A stretch of DNA of 59,130 bases, the filler included, from Sphacelaria rigidula (Eukaryota), in the NCBI GenBank assembly GCA_964200075.2. It is 7 parts of 7 records of this genome, joined end to end, with 100 filler letters (N's around TTAATTAATTAA, not from the genome) between each part and the next. Parts side by side here need not be neighbours in the genome. Positions count along the whole stretch, not along the records: positions 33,848 to 42,208 come from CAXNAA020011390.1; positions 42,309 to 50,669 come from CAXNAA020011391.1; 5 more parts are not named here. One strand, 5' to 3'. Positions within the stretch are counted from its first letter, which is position 1; every line of letters starts with the position of its first letter. Below the pieces are notes generated by a model. It made no database searches. It was not told where the DNA came from and saw only the letters and a program-made list of their open reading frames with translations. The position numbers and the translations under genes were made by a program. This document shows, piece after piece, positions 35,186 to 48,100 of this stretch.

Positions 35186-37369
35186 TTATAGCGTGGCAGT
35201 TTTTGTCACATCCTCGATCGGCTGGATGAGTACTCCCCTGATCCTCAACTGCTGTAGTGAGGCAGGCCATGCCACACTCTCGATTGGTCGGTTGAAGCTG
35301 TCTCCAAACGCCAACTTCTTCAGCGAGACAGGCCAAACTACACTCTTGATCGGCTGATTGAAGTTGTCCCCGAACGTCAACTGCTGCAACGAGGCAGGCC
35401 ATGCGGCACGCTCAACAGGCTGGTTGAATAACGATCCGAGTGTCAAATGCTGTAGCGAGGGAGGCCACGCCACATCCTCGATCGGCTGATTGAACCCCAC
35501 CCCCCCAAACGCCAACTGCACACGCCAGGACGTATCTTCTTTTGGCTCGTGGAGGTTGCCCCCGAACGCTGACTGCTCTAACAAGGAAAACCATGACGAA
35601 CTAGCGACCCTGCGGCGCTCGAACGACCCGAACGTCAAGTGTTGCAGCGAGGCAGGCCACCCCGCACGCTCGATCGGTTGGTTGAACTTGTTCCTGAATG
35701 CCAACTGCTGCAGCGAGGCGGGCCATGCTACACGCTCGATCGGCTGATTGAAGTTGTCCCCGAACGTCAACCCCTGCAGCGAGACAGGCCACATCACAAC
35801 TTCGATCGGTTGGTTGAATTTGTTCCCGAAAGTCAAATGCTGCAACGAGGCAGGCCATACCACACGGTCGATCGGCTGGTTGAAGTCCTTCCCGAACGTC
35901 AACTGCTGCAGCGAGGCTGGCCATGCCACACCCTCGATCGGCTGGTTGAACGACCCCCGGAATGTCAACTGCTGCAGCGAGGCTGGCCATGCTACACCCT
36001 CGATGAAATGGTTAAAGGACGACTCGAACACCAGCTGCTGCAGCGAGGCAGGCCACGCCACACCCTCGATCGGCTGGTTGAACGACCCCCGGAATGCTAA
36101 CTGCTGCAGCGAGGCAGGCAACGCCACGCCCTCGATCGGCTGGTTGAACGACCCCCGGAATGCCAACTGCTGCAGTGAGGCAGGCCACGCCACATCCTCA
36201 ATCGGCTGGTTGAAGGACCACGCAAACATCAACTGTTGCAGCGAGGCAGGCCATGTCACACCATCAATCGGCTGGTTGAACGACCCTCGCAATTCCAACC
36301 GCTGCAGAGAGGCAGGCCACCCCACACGCTCGATCGGCTGATTGAAGGAACTCCCAAATATCAACTGCGACAGCGAGGCCGGCCATGCTATACCCTCAAT
36401 CGGCTGGTTAAAGTTGTCCCCGAACGTCAACTGCTGCAGCGAGGCGGGCCACGCCACACTTTCGATGGGTTGGTCAAAGTGCTTTCCAAACGTCAAACGC
36501 TGCAACGAGATAGGCCATAACACACGCTCGATCAGCCGGTTGAAGTTGTCCCCGAACGTCAACTGCTGCAGCGAGGCAGGCCACGCCACCCTTTCGATAG
36601 GTTGGTTAAAGTACCTTCCAAACGTCAACCGCTGCAGTGAAGCAGGCCACAACACACGCTCGATCAGCTGGTTGAAGTTGTCTCCGAATGTTAACTGCTG
36701 CAACGAGGCGGGCCATGCCACATCAGCCAATAACCGGTCGAAGTTGTCCATGAACGCCAACTGGTGCAGATAGGGCCAATTTCCCTCACCCTGAATTGGT
36801 TGATCGAATTTACTTCCAAACGTCAGCTCTTGCAAACAAACAGGCCAGGCCACATGCTTGATCGATTGATTGAACTGGCTAGCTCCAAACTGGCCACCAA
36901 ACGAAATACGTCGAAGTCGCGGTGGCCACATGACATTATCAAGACTAGCGTTGAAGTCGCCGTCAAATTGCATTATTTGCACACTTGCAAAAACGTCAGT
37001 CTCCCGAGACATGAGCTGGATATCTGCACACGCCATCCACACAACCTCGCGTGCTCGCAGCAAAGGCACGCTAGCAATCCTGGGGGTTAACGACTGTTCC
37101 GCAGGAGCCGCCCACAGCCTCCGCGGTGTATCCTTACCAACTGACACGCGCAGGGTGCTGAGTCCGCGGCAAGCTATGCAGAACTTCAGTGACGCCAGCT
37201 GCAAGTTCTTCGTGGGAAGGTACGATCCACGCTCCGATGGAGCCTCATTGAGCGCGATGGTGACTGCATGCAGGCACAAGTTGCTGCCTGTATCAAGAGC
37301 GTAGAATACAGGGCGAACATGGTTATACGTGAGCATTGCCGAGCACGATACTCGGGCCCGGCCCAACAT
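35186..37369 (-). CDS. FNIP-repeat (LRR-like 22-aa repeat) protein, 727 aa, intronless
   Basis: About 26 tandem units of consensus FNQPIExVAWPASLQQLTFGxx (66-bp period) after a ~135-aa unique N-terminus. The true start or an upstream exon is uncertain. Confidence 0.88.
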   Translation of the reverse strand: MLGRARVSCSAMLTYNHVRPVFYALDTGSNLCLHAVTIALNEAPSERGSYLPTKNLQLASLKFCIACRGLSTLRVSVGKDTPRRLWAAPAEQSLTPRIASVPLLRAREVVWMACADIQLMSRETDVFASVQIMQFDGDFNASLDNVMWPPRLRRISFGGQFGASQFNQSIKHVAWPVCLQELTFGSKFDQPIQGEGNWPYLHQLAFMDNFDRLLADVAWPASLQQLTFGDNFNQLIERVLWPASLQRLTFGRYFNQPIERVAWPASLQQLTFGDNFNRLIERVLWPISLQRLTFGKHFDQPIESVAWPASLQQLTFGDNFNQPIEGIAWPASLSQLIFGSSFNQPIERVGWPASLQRLELRGSFNQPIDGVTWPASLQQLMFAWSFNQPIEDVAWPASLQQLAFRGSFNQPIEGVALPASLQQLAFRGSFNQPIEGVAWPASLQQLVFESSFNHFIEGVAWPASLQQLTFRGSFNQPIEGVAWPASLQQLTFGKDFNQPIDRVVWPASLQHLTFGNKFNQPIEVVMWPVSLQGLTFGDNFNQPIERVAWPASLQQLAFRNKFNQPIERAGWPASLQHLTFGSFERRRVASSSWFSLLEQSAFGGNLHEPKEDTSWRVQLAFGGVGFNQPIEDVAWPPSLQHLTLGSLFNQPVERAAWPASLQQLTFGDNFNQPIKSVVWPVSLKKLAFGDSFNRPIESVAWPASLQQLRIRGVLIQPIEDVTKTATL

Positions 37370-40300
37370 ACATGGGAAACTGAAGGTTGAGAAATCGGCA
37401 GGACCACAAAATATTCGATGATAGAGGGCTGCAACCAGGGCGAGGGTTATACTCCATAGCGGGGGAAGACAGTGAACACATTCGCCATAAGGTCAACTCA
37501 AATGAGGGGCGACGGAATGTTTTATTTCCTCGATGAGGTGGTTTCCTACTCGCTTGACTTCGGATTCTCGCTATCGCGAAACTCAACACGCTTTCACTCT
37601 CGGCAACGCGCCAGACTCATTCTGTTACTATGGTCGATATATTGCCTCCAGTGCCACCGTGCGTGGGGGTGCCCTAGGCCAAACCGCGTGCGGGGTGTGT
37701 GCATATGTGTGTGTAATCGTTTTGTACACAGAGAAGCGGGGTCCTAGTCATGGCTGCGGCTGTACTGTGTGACACATGCGATACGGGTGTACTGAGTGAC
37801 ATGGGCTAAGTCTTGCCGCAGGTATGCCCTCTGCAAGACAAGACCTGGTTCGCAATATCTAGCGTGCTTTACACTCTTCCGCTTCTAAAGTACACCTCAA
37901 AGGCTGAGAACGTGTTGTTTTTGTGCTCTTTGGTCTCTGATTCTTGCTGAGATGTACATCTGGTATCTATTCTTGAAGTAATACCAACATTTTCGCCTGG
38001 GGCACACGTTCACCTTTTGGTCAACGTTTTTCTCCTGCACCAGTGCCCGGCTGTGCCCTCCACTTTACTGAAAAAGCTCTGCACTGTTTGTTCCAACGAG
38101 AATGGATTCAGGTATCGTGGCCTGCTGTACATATGGGTTGTTCGCGCAGCTGCTTTTACGGAGAGTGGTGTTGTGATGTCAAAAGTTGGCTGGTTTGGTC
38201 AGCGGAGCTCACCCTGAGATAACGCAAAACACACACGGCAGAGCCAAGTTAGCAAAGAACAATTATTAATGAACCAACGGTGGTAACCACCTCTGTGCTT
38301 TCACCGGTGCATTCAAACGGTGGTCTCACCTTGCAAGCCACGTTTCACACGCTAGTTTTTACCTTCATCATGGGGTTTCAATATTGGTGGATCCTGGAAA
38401 AGGGAAGAAAGAGCTCACAGCAAAAATTCCCCCAAGTTGTGTTTTTGGTGAGATGAGGGTAACAACTAGTTTTGCGCGGGGTGTCGCCACCATTGCTTCG
38501 ATCCAGGAAAGCTGTATTTCAACTATTCAGCTGTGGCGCTATACAAGGCTAGAAAGCAGCATAACCTAGACCATCAGGTTGTTTACCGAACGGTGGGTAT
38601 TTATTTCTATCGAGAGAAAGTATCGGAGTTCTTGGCTTTCGATCCATAGGACCCCTGACGAACGTTGAGCACGTAAGGCATACAAAACCATTCTTGCAAA
38701 TGATGTTCCGAAATTTGTGTAGGATACTCTTGGCCTCTGCACCATAACATCACTGTACATAGTATGCTTGCCATGAACAGCAACCTGGCTTGCGATCATG
38801 GGGTCGAATTGCTGTCTTTCGCCCAACTTGCCCACGATATTGCACACACATCAACGCTCAAGAGACTCCTCACTATTTCATAATCGGTGGGGAAGCCGTA
38901 CTTTTTGCCTATCTTATTCTTGGCGTATTAGCCACACCTGCACCGCAATCACGACTTGATTATTCTCTTCAAACCGTCCATGACTTACCACTAGCCCAAG
39001 AGTTGGCCCGCCGCAATCTCAAAACGCGCGCGGATAAGCACACGCTTGTGTATTGCAAACCATGGTTTCCCGTTGTAACCAGGGTTAAAAGGTTCAACAG
39101 CTCGTCCGTATCACGAAACTGACCACCCCAATTCTCGAGCGCAACAGCCCATGGCATGGCTCGTATTTTGTCCAAGTGCACCTGCCACCGGTTACATTCT
39201 TAGTCCATAAACCTGGCGATCCGGGAGATACCACTGTCCATCCCGGTCGCGTGGTTAAGAATACATTGACTCACGTCGTCTGCTGTCCCCGACCCCGAAG
39301 CGCTCGACGACATGGTTTGAGGAACAACTCCTTCCATCACCAACCTTGATAGATCAGAAAAAAAAGTACAATAAGAGCGCTTATCATGGAGTGTGTTGGT
39401 AGCAATTAACAGGGAGGAAGAGCGGGCTCGCTGGATTATTTCCAGTACCACCGCAAGATGAAGCACCGGCCTCCTCACGTGGAGGGTGGTGGCATTCCCG
39501 GACTCTTCTCCATTGTCACACGGTGCATTCCTTCCTCGCTGCAATTTTGTCCAAGGGTCCAACAGTGGTTGATCCCCAACGGCGCCAGTCTCGCCAAGAA
39601 TTTGACTTTGTCATTTATTCAAAAGCGTCTTTTTCTTCTGGTGTCTGTGTGTATACCCGTGTCTGCAACTAGCAGCACTTTCTGTCCGCGTCAGTCTAGC
39701 AACAGCTTACACCTGCCCATAGATAGGTGTCCCATCAATTGAAAGGTTCACCGTGACAAGGCAGAGTGACCGGAAAGCATGAACAATATCGGACCACAAT
39801 CAAAAACTTTACGCTTGATTATTTACGACAGCGTGAGCAAAGTGATACAGTAGAGAAAATGCACGAAATAGAGAACAATAAACGCAAATGCGCCATCCGG
39901 GTTGTTTTTATCAACCGAACGGACGGTGATAAAGAATGGCCGACACGAAGCGACATAATCTATTCATTTATCACCCTCGGCCGTCGAATTGCTCAACGAA
40001 GAATCCGGGTGTGGAAGCCTTATCCGATCCCGCGTTGTGTGATAAAGGTTGATGACTGCGTGATCTGTAGCGACCAGAACGTGCGGGGAGAGGGGGGTAA
40101 ACTCCGTCATTCACATGTCACGAAGAGCTGATGTGGACTTGACTAGGTGTAACACTTTGCCAAGGTATATCAATATCGCCTCCGTCCCATACGGAACGTA
40201 CTTCGTGTGTTACTCTATCTCACTTTGAAAGGTTCATTGGTCGTTGGTGGACTCCATAGACAGAACAGGACCTAGACTCGAAGACGATTCTCATTTTTTC

Positions 40301-42208
40301 GCCAATACGACGAGCACAAATGTGGCGATTCATAAGCGTGCGGTATGACAGTTGAAATTGTTGGTGTTTACTCGCAGCGCGGTTTCGGAACTGAGGATAC
40401 GCAATCAAGTTCCTTATTATGGAGAAGGTTCGCTGGAGAACTTTGGCTGATTGACAACGGAAATGCGACAAAAAATATACATTAGATTCATCACACGGCC
40501 GAAGGGTTTCATTCAAACCGCTCGTCGACTGATTCGGCGAAGTTTTTCCCAAGAAACATCAGTCAGTGATCCGGATTTCCGATTCTTTGGGTTATCGTTC
40601 TCAATCACATGCTAGACACTTCATCCGACGAAAAGTTGGTTTCTCGTCGTTCATTTCAATTTTACAAAAGTTGATCTAGACGGCTAGCGCACGGCCTTTG
40701 TTCGGCTGGCGAGGTTTTGCGCGCCGCGCGCGCGTTCCGTAGACTTCGTAGGTTCGCGCGATACAAGTGGAATCTGAAGTGAAACGTGTGGGATTTCAAC
40801 ATCGAAGGTATGAAGTGATCGGATACGGTCCAGTACCGCAAATAATTCGACGCGCTTTATTCATGAGACGGGAGACGAGGAAAAAAACAACAAAATCGTG
40901 TGCCTACAGCTACACGTCGATATTCTACTCGGGGCATCGGAGACTTCTGTGGCAAGCTACTGCAGGAAGCACAGGAAGCGTATGAGGCCTCGTGTAGGGC
41001 TTGAAGAGGCAGTTAGGCAGTGAAATTGTTACAGGCATGATTTGACCATTTCCGATAATCTAGGTCGCTAAATTATAAACACTCAATCTGGCGAAAACGG
41101 TGTTGGGGGAAAGGAGGCCAAAATGTGCCATTTTGCAGTCAAACTTTATCACGAAGTACACATCGAAGTTGAACCTACGGCAAGTCACTGTGACGCTCAA
41201 GACTGCATCTGCCATTCGACTATTTCTGCCGGCGATCGGAAATGCAGATTTGGCGCTCCGTCAGCGTTACAGCGTGAGAAAAGACCACGATAATAGAGCG
41301 AGCTCGAAATGACTTGCTCCAATGGCTGAGATTTAGGAAGGCATTTGGCGCCTTCTGGTGGCGCAGCTTCACTTTGGGTCGAGGAGAGAAACACTTGAAA
41401 ACGTCTCCACTCGTTCCTGATCCACAAACGTCCATGATCTTCTACATGCGCCCTGGCGAATTGGGGTGGTGTGTATGGTTTTGCGTTTGTTCTTCGACCC
41501 AAGTTGGACTGCAAGCATCGAAGCTCTCTATGGTGAGCCGTAATCTCCGAATAGAGAAAGTAACTTCAAGGTATTATGGTCTGCCCAGTCGTTTATTTAA
41601 GAGTAAAAGGCGCCGGGGAGTCGAGATACGCACTTTTGATCGGCTCGCACTGTTCGACATAGAGCGGTTTCGATGAAATCGGGGGGAAACTGGCCATCCA
41701 TGCACCAGCTTTGTAATGAGAATGGCAGCACAGTGTTCGTCGTCACGATGTATGTAGGGGACTTGAACACCTCTCCCGTACTCAGGCCTTCCTTTAATCA
41801 CGAGTCACAACAAAAACTCGCACAGCTCAGGATTGAATGGAACGATTCTGCAAGAGACATCGGGCTGCACAGCACGATGAACAACGTTGACAACGCAATT
41901 GACGACCCACATCTGTGTCATGCTCCCTTGCTCACAGAAATCACTCCGAATTTTTATTTTTTATTTTTTATTTTTCGTGCAAATACTGCAGACTGTCGTC
42001 ACTTCCCTCATGCCACGCGTGTGCAACCGAGTATTTACAGCCCGAACTCTCGCAGGCTACTTACACGGGCCACTTTCTTTAATCCCTTCCTCTACAAAAC
42101 ACCGCTGAGATTCCCAGATGAGGCAAACGGTGGCAACAGACCTCGTCGGCCTTACAGTGTTACGCCGGGGGATTTGTTTTTTTTTTACTAGTCTTTTAAA
42201 CGCCTCCG

Positions 42209-42308
42209 NNNNNNNNNNNNNNNNNNNNNNNNNNNNNNNNNNNNNNNNNNNNTTAATTAATTAANNNNNNNNNNNNNNNNNNNNNNNNNNNNNNNNNNNN
42301 NNNNNNNN
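42209..42308. other. Artificial contig-joining linker
   Basis: N44-TTAATTAATTAA-N44. Confidence 0.97.
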
Positions 42309-43880
42309 TGTCCCGGCTTTGTAGGCATGCGAGGCCAATGGTCTGATGACTATGGCACGCATGATCATAAGTACACCCCCCCCCCCCCTCCTCCCTTCAA
42401 GGTGGAATGGCTGAGCTCAGAGGCAAGCGAGATATTTACGTCCGCATCTCCCGGACACTCCCCGTCATTTTCTTGTTGCGTTGTTACGAGGTAGACCGAA
42501 CACGACCCGACATCATGGAACCGGGACGAGCACAAAACCGAGTCTTTGAGCGACCACAACAGACCAAGTCGCGCCCCACCCGTTACGAGTGTACAGGACG
42601 GTAAAGCGTTGATTTTCCAGGCTGGATCGTTGAAACAAAGGAGCTCAAAGCAGCCCCAGCTATTTAGCTAGTCAGTCGATTAATGGATTCACGATCCGAC
42701 GGTGTAGCTACAACTGCAGCTACAACTCTGTTGTCATACTCTTGTGCCTCAGTTCCTTTTGTTTCGTCCAAGCGTGGGTTACCATGGCGAAGGAGGGCCA
42801 GCCTAAGCTCTGCTGTGCTATCACGGGAAGTAAAGGGCATAGCTCGAGGAATTCGAAGACATAGTTCGCGCCGTATTGTCACATCATAAGAGAGTCGACA
42901 GACTTCAGGACGAGTCACAGACACTTCCGACGTAGTCCACCAGTTAGTGGGCATGCTACATTACAACTAACACAGTAAACAGGGCAGCCTTCAAGCCACG
43001 TGGGCCTCCCCTAGTGGTGTGGCTGTGTTGGTTTTCCCGACACAGCTATCCCCAATCGGACGGCGGTCGGGGAGGAGGGAGGAGGACACCTCAAATAGAG
43101 AATATTCACCATGAATGCCGCAGAGAGCATGAGATTCCAGTGCGAGGGAGATACGAAGACTTCGGAAACGTTGTCGCTTCCCGAAATTCCAAGTGACCCA
43201 CGTGACCTCTTCTTGTTTATCCTAATGCCGCTTCGCCACAGTCCGCTCATGCTTGCGATCCTTAACTTATCATATGAACCACCGATGGATCGTATTCAGC
43301 GTTCTTACATCACGCTCTGAGGCACTCCCCCCAGTAATCTTTCAACTGTCGGAACATGACGTGTTTGAGGACATTATATAGCTAGCCGTCGTGTCGTGTT
43401 CCGGGTTTTACATCATCGTTGGCGATATCATCCACGAAGCATGTTGTAGGTATCCAAGTCAGCAACAGACGATGTAAAGCTTAGCCTAGTAGGCTGTATC
43501 AGTACGTATTATAGTACGTCGTGCGCAAGAGCGCTCACGCCAATCGTCGGTGCAGTCTGTTTTACCTTTCATTTTTTTTTTTCATTTACTTCTCTTCAGC
43601 GAGTGCGTCAGCCTCGTTCCTGTCTCAGGTACATCTATCATGTGACCACGGCTTGATCCCTGGGGGAACAGTTCAACCGCGCCAATCAAATCAATCATCA
43701 ATCAAATGTGATAAGCTGCCATTGGTGACGAGATCTTAGGCTACTGCCCGGCGGCATGAAAGCAAAAACACAAGACGATGTGTCACCAGCACGTTTTCGA
43801 AACAACAGATTGCTCGGGGAAAAATCGCTTTCTCGCAATCAGCGGCCTGGTTTGTGTTCACCTGTAGATGGTTACTATGT

Positions 43881-44291
43881 CAGGGGTATACACGTTACAC
43901 GTGACGCTTGTACGTGACACATTCGAAAAAACGTAGCTTTGGGTCATTTAACGCTTCGTGAGGTTTGATGTTTTTCGATGGGACAAATGTAACGTAACGT
44001 GATGCACCGTGTGGTCCTTCGCATGAACTCTAACATAGCGTTTTACTTTTCAAATGTGACGGAAAGTCTGCTTGTTCTCGTGAATTTGTAACGTGTCACG
44101 TGTCACGTTAAAAATTTACAAAATCAGCATATGTTCGACATCTGGAAAATTCAAGGAGACACTGCTTTAAGGTCCACACGTTACATCACGTTACGTTACA
44201 TCTGTCCTGTCCAACAAATCAAACGTTACGTGGCGTTAAATGGCCCAAAGTTTGTTTTTCCCGGTTTTTTCAAAGGTGTCACGTGTGACGG
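43881..44291. mobile_element. MITE/foldback rich in GTGAC/GTTAC motifs
   Basis: ~43911-44020 pairs with ~44170-44285 (ACGTGACAC, CTTTGGG.CATTTAACGC, ATGTAACGTAACGTGATG). Left end CAGGGG is hAT-like. Confidence 0.7.
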
Positions 44292-44928
44292 GCACGGCAT
44301 TGCGGGTCTAATACAAGAGAAGCAGTACGTGGGGCATCTTGCTGGAGCGTGCTCAGCAAAAATCTCCACCGTCAACTTCACAATACAAGAGGTGAGCAGG
44401 TTTCGTCGTCTCATGGATACAGTGGGGTGCTTTACGAAATGCAGTCAAGGAAGATGCCCTACGGTCGCGTGTGCATCTAGGTCATATGCACGATTGGTGG
44501 AACGTATATCTGGACTGCGTGGGTCGGTGGGGCGTCCGTCCCGGACTGATTTGGTAGGGCACGCATCTGACGAAAAGGGTATATAATTCAAGTACGACCT
44601 GCTTGACCCTTTAACCACCAGGGTCAAGCCAGGGTCAGTAATCATTTTGAGTTCTTTCATTTCCCACGCGAAAACGATGCCGGTTCAATGCATGACCCAC
44701 CCTGCCTGGTGGTAAAAAGCGTCACGGTCAATGTACACTACCGGAATATGAACTTTGATATTCAATATGAAAATGCGTACGAACAAGTGAAAGCTCCTCC
44801 TCATGAAAGGAAAAGTGTTCCTCTTAACTTGTAAAGGATTATGGAGGGTCGCAATCCTTACTCCCCAGCGTGCAGTAGCGTTGAGATACCCCGAAACATG
44901 CTGTACACCACCCATCGTTGTTACTCAC

Positions 44929-45149
44929 CGATAACGGAATTTCCGACGACAAATCTGTCCCCGCAGGGGTCGTTGCCATCAGTGTACTCGGCGTCTGAGT
45001 CGCTGTAGTCGTAGTCGAAATGGCAATATTCAAATATCGGAGGCGTCATGAACGACCTATCAGCGGTCGCGCAATCTCCTTCCCGGGCCTCGGAATACTC
45101 CGTACAACGAGTGCCTTCAAAGCGTCCCCATCCATAGTTGTTGCCACAC
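44929..45149 (-). CDS. GSDH-like exon d
   Basis: TAG|(E)CGNNYGWGRFEGTRC...PPIFEYCH...CGDRFVVGNSVI|GTGAGT, 221 nt. Confidence 0.87.
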
Positions 45150-48100
45150 CTAAGGAGATACAGTAAAGAAACTGTCAGAACCGGCTAAGCATACTAAACA
45201 CGGGGCTTAGTCAGGAACAGCGCAGATCCCGCATCGATCTGTCACAGTTACAGTGCAGAGTACAGGAGTACAGGAGTGCAGTAGTGCAGCACACAACGCT
45301 TCGCACTGCACAGCACGGTACCATACAGTCGTTCATGTATATATATATATATATACAAGGATCGGACAGGACCCTCTATCGGCGGCCCCATCCTCCACGA
45401 AAGGCGTGGATATATTAAAACCGGGAGACGGTAAAGGTAATGACTCCTACCAAGAGGTTGAGCCAGAGATTTGACGTGTGTACCGGTTATGAAACTGTAC
45501 TAAATGTGATGAGTAGGAGAAGGAAAATCTGGCATGGGTGTGGCATGATTGAGATTAAGGAACGCGAACCTTGAAAGCGTGGAATGGTGGATAAAACGCA
45601 CTGAATTTTGTTCCACGTATTAAAAGTGTGAAGAACGCGGAAGACCCGAATGTGTCACAGACAATGCCTTCTGATTGAAAAAAAAGCTGAAACATGGAGA
45701 AAAAGTGGATTCGTTTATCCAAAAGTAGGACTTTGCTCAGAAGTTGACATTTTTCTCACGAAAGAGCAACATCTCTATTTACAACTGTTGGTTGAAATTC
45801 GCTCCAACATATACCTACAGTATGCAACATTCGACATTTCACGAAAACAGCTTTAGTACTTGAGTAAGCGAAAAGGACGCCACTTCATATGCTACTGTAG
45901 ATATGACGGACCACATGGACGAGTACCCCCCGCGAGAAAACTATATGATGTGTGTGTGTTGTCGTCCCTTCTATTCTGGACGCCGGTGAGCCATGCTACA
46001 ACTGTTGTAGTACTACAGGCAATGTACGCAATACAGCACTGCTGTGCGTACTGTTCTCTGTTGTCGGTGCTGTCCTTTCAGTCAAGTACTGCCGTGCAGT
46101 AAAAAAGCACAACCATCACTTCTACAGTCGGTTGGTACAGCAAGGCGGTGTTCTTACTGATTGTCTAACGTAATGCAGCCCACCATGTATTGCTCAGGCA
46201 ATGCATCACAACAGTAGTACAGACAGCCAGTACTGACCGTACACCACGACAGGACAGCAGAGTGCTGCGTCCCTCTCGCGCGCCCGAAAATTTGAAATTA
46301 TGCCTGCATACCTCACAGAAAACGATTAACACTGCGTTTCCGATGTTGATAGTGCGTCGATTACGTAAGAAGGACTGCTTTGAAAAACTCTGTTGAAAAA
46401 CGTCCTGTTGAAAAACGTCCTGTTGAAAAACGGCTTTTCTGATGACGTTTTTTCATACATGAGAAGCAGCCCTACTGTGCAATGCAAATATCCGGGGACC
46501 GGACATGAAGATGTACGCAGGGGCCTTTTTGCGAATCGGCATCATTTTAATTGTAAAAATGATGCCGATTCTCGAAATAACCCGTTCGACCAAAGAAAGG
46601 CCTGCGAAAAAAGCGCCGGGCGGTAAGCTGCGATATGTTTTTGTCCTTGCTCACGCTCTCACTGATTGGACGCCTATGCTAGAAGGAAAACTAATCGCGT
46701 GACCGCTTAAATGTGAGTGTGTTTATGTGTTGCACATATAGTTGGGTCAACGTGGAATCTTGTCCTCGTCTAGGGTGAACAGTGATGGAAAATGAATGCA
46801 CAACCTGACCAACCTTACGTTATTATGTGTTTTGCGTAATACAGCCACACATAGACAACAACATGGTCCAAAAAATACTCTAGCCCGAAGGGCTCTTCTT
46901 GCGTTCTGCAGTCTGGTGCCACCTGTGTTCATCGCGTGTATGCATGTATGTGTAGTTGAAATTTCCGTTTTCCAGGATCAAAGTGTCAGATCCACCGTCA
47001 GGACTCCGCGTATTGCCTATTACGCGCTCACTCTCAGGCACTGACTGCTTGGGTCGAAGGTCGAATGTTGCCCACGTCGAATGTGAACGATGATGGGAAA
47101 ACATTGCACTCTCATCGAGCTTTCGAAAATGAAAAATGTCGCAGGGTGACGTGAAGCTGAAGGGGGTTGTTAAGTGTGCTGTTTTAAGAGTAGGTCTAAT
47201 TGTCCCGCTTGCACGGGAGCGTTCACACGTAATCTTAGTCCATCTTCAGTGTGCGAACCTGATTCCGATATCTATGAATTTTAACCCAATTTTCAAAGCA
47301 GCATGCAGCAGCGACGGGTGTAAAATAACACAACAAGTGTCCCTGTTTGTGGGGATATATATATATATATATATATACATACACCACCTGAACCCATGCG
47401 AAGGTTTTTTCATTTGACGGGGTGATGGGATCATTCCGCTTTCATTTCATTTGACGATGCAGACGTTGGGCGTCTGTGGCTGTGATATTTAGGGCACGCC
47501 TGACACAAATAACCTCAGTCGATATTGACCCGACTGGACCCGAGACAAGAACTTTGTGTTCAGCTGATCAAGGGCTATGGCTCGAGCTACATTTTGTTCG
47601 GCAAGGAACACTGGGTCTCAGAAACCGACGTGTGCTTGCGCGTTGGGTTTATGTTGATCTTGGGAAGGGTGCCGTGTCATCCATACGGGATACTGTGATA
47701 CTGATATATATAGGGGTGTTATCTCGTGTGACACCAGGTACAGAGGACTGACGACATCGTCGTTTCGTCGAAGCAGGCCACGTGTTCCGAGGGCGTTCTC
47801 CAGTACCCAGCATTTTGTCACCACTAGCGCAAAGTGATGTGTTTCACATCCTCAGTTTTCCTGCCCTCTTCTTATATGTCCATTTCCACCTCTCTTAGCG
47901 AAATGGTTAATAAAATATCTTCGCTCTACATCTCATTGGCTATCAGCCGCCGTCTCCATCTCTCATCGGCTATTCTTGGCTATGTCCGTGTAACTGTTAC
48001 ACAGGGCAATGACTTCACGATTATACGTGACATCTCCGCAATCTTTACCTTGTCCGTTCGCAATCTCCCTCTACGAGCTCGGTACTTTTCTCGAATACAG

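Noticed and set aside
35490..37304. Repetitive Cys-rich plus-strand ORFs (NCCSEAGH...)
   Set aside because: Antisense shadows of the FNIP repeat gene.
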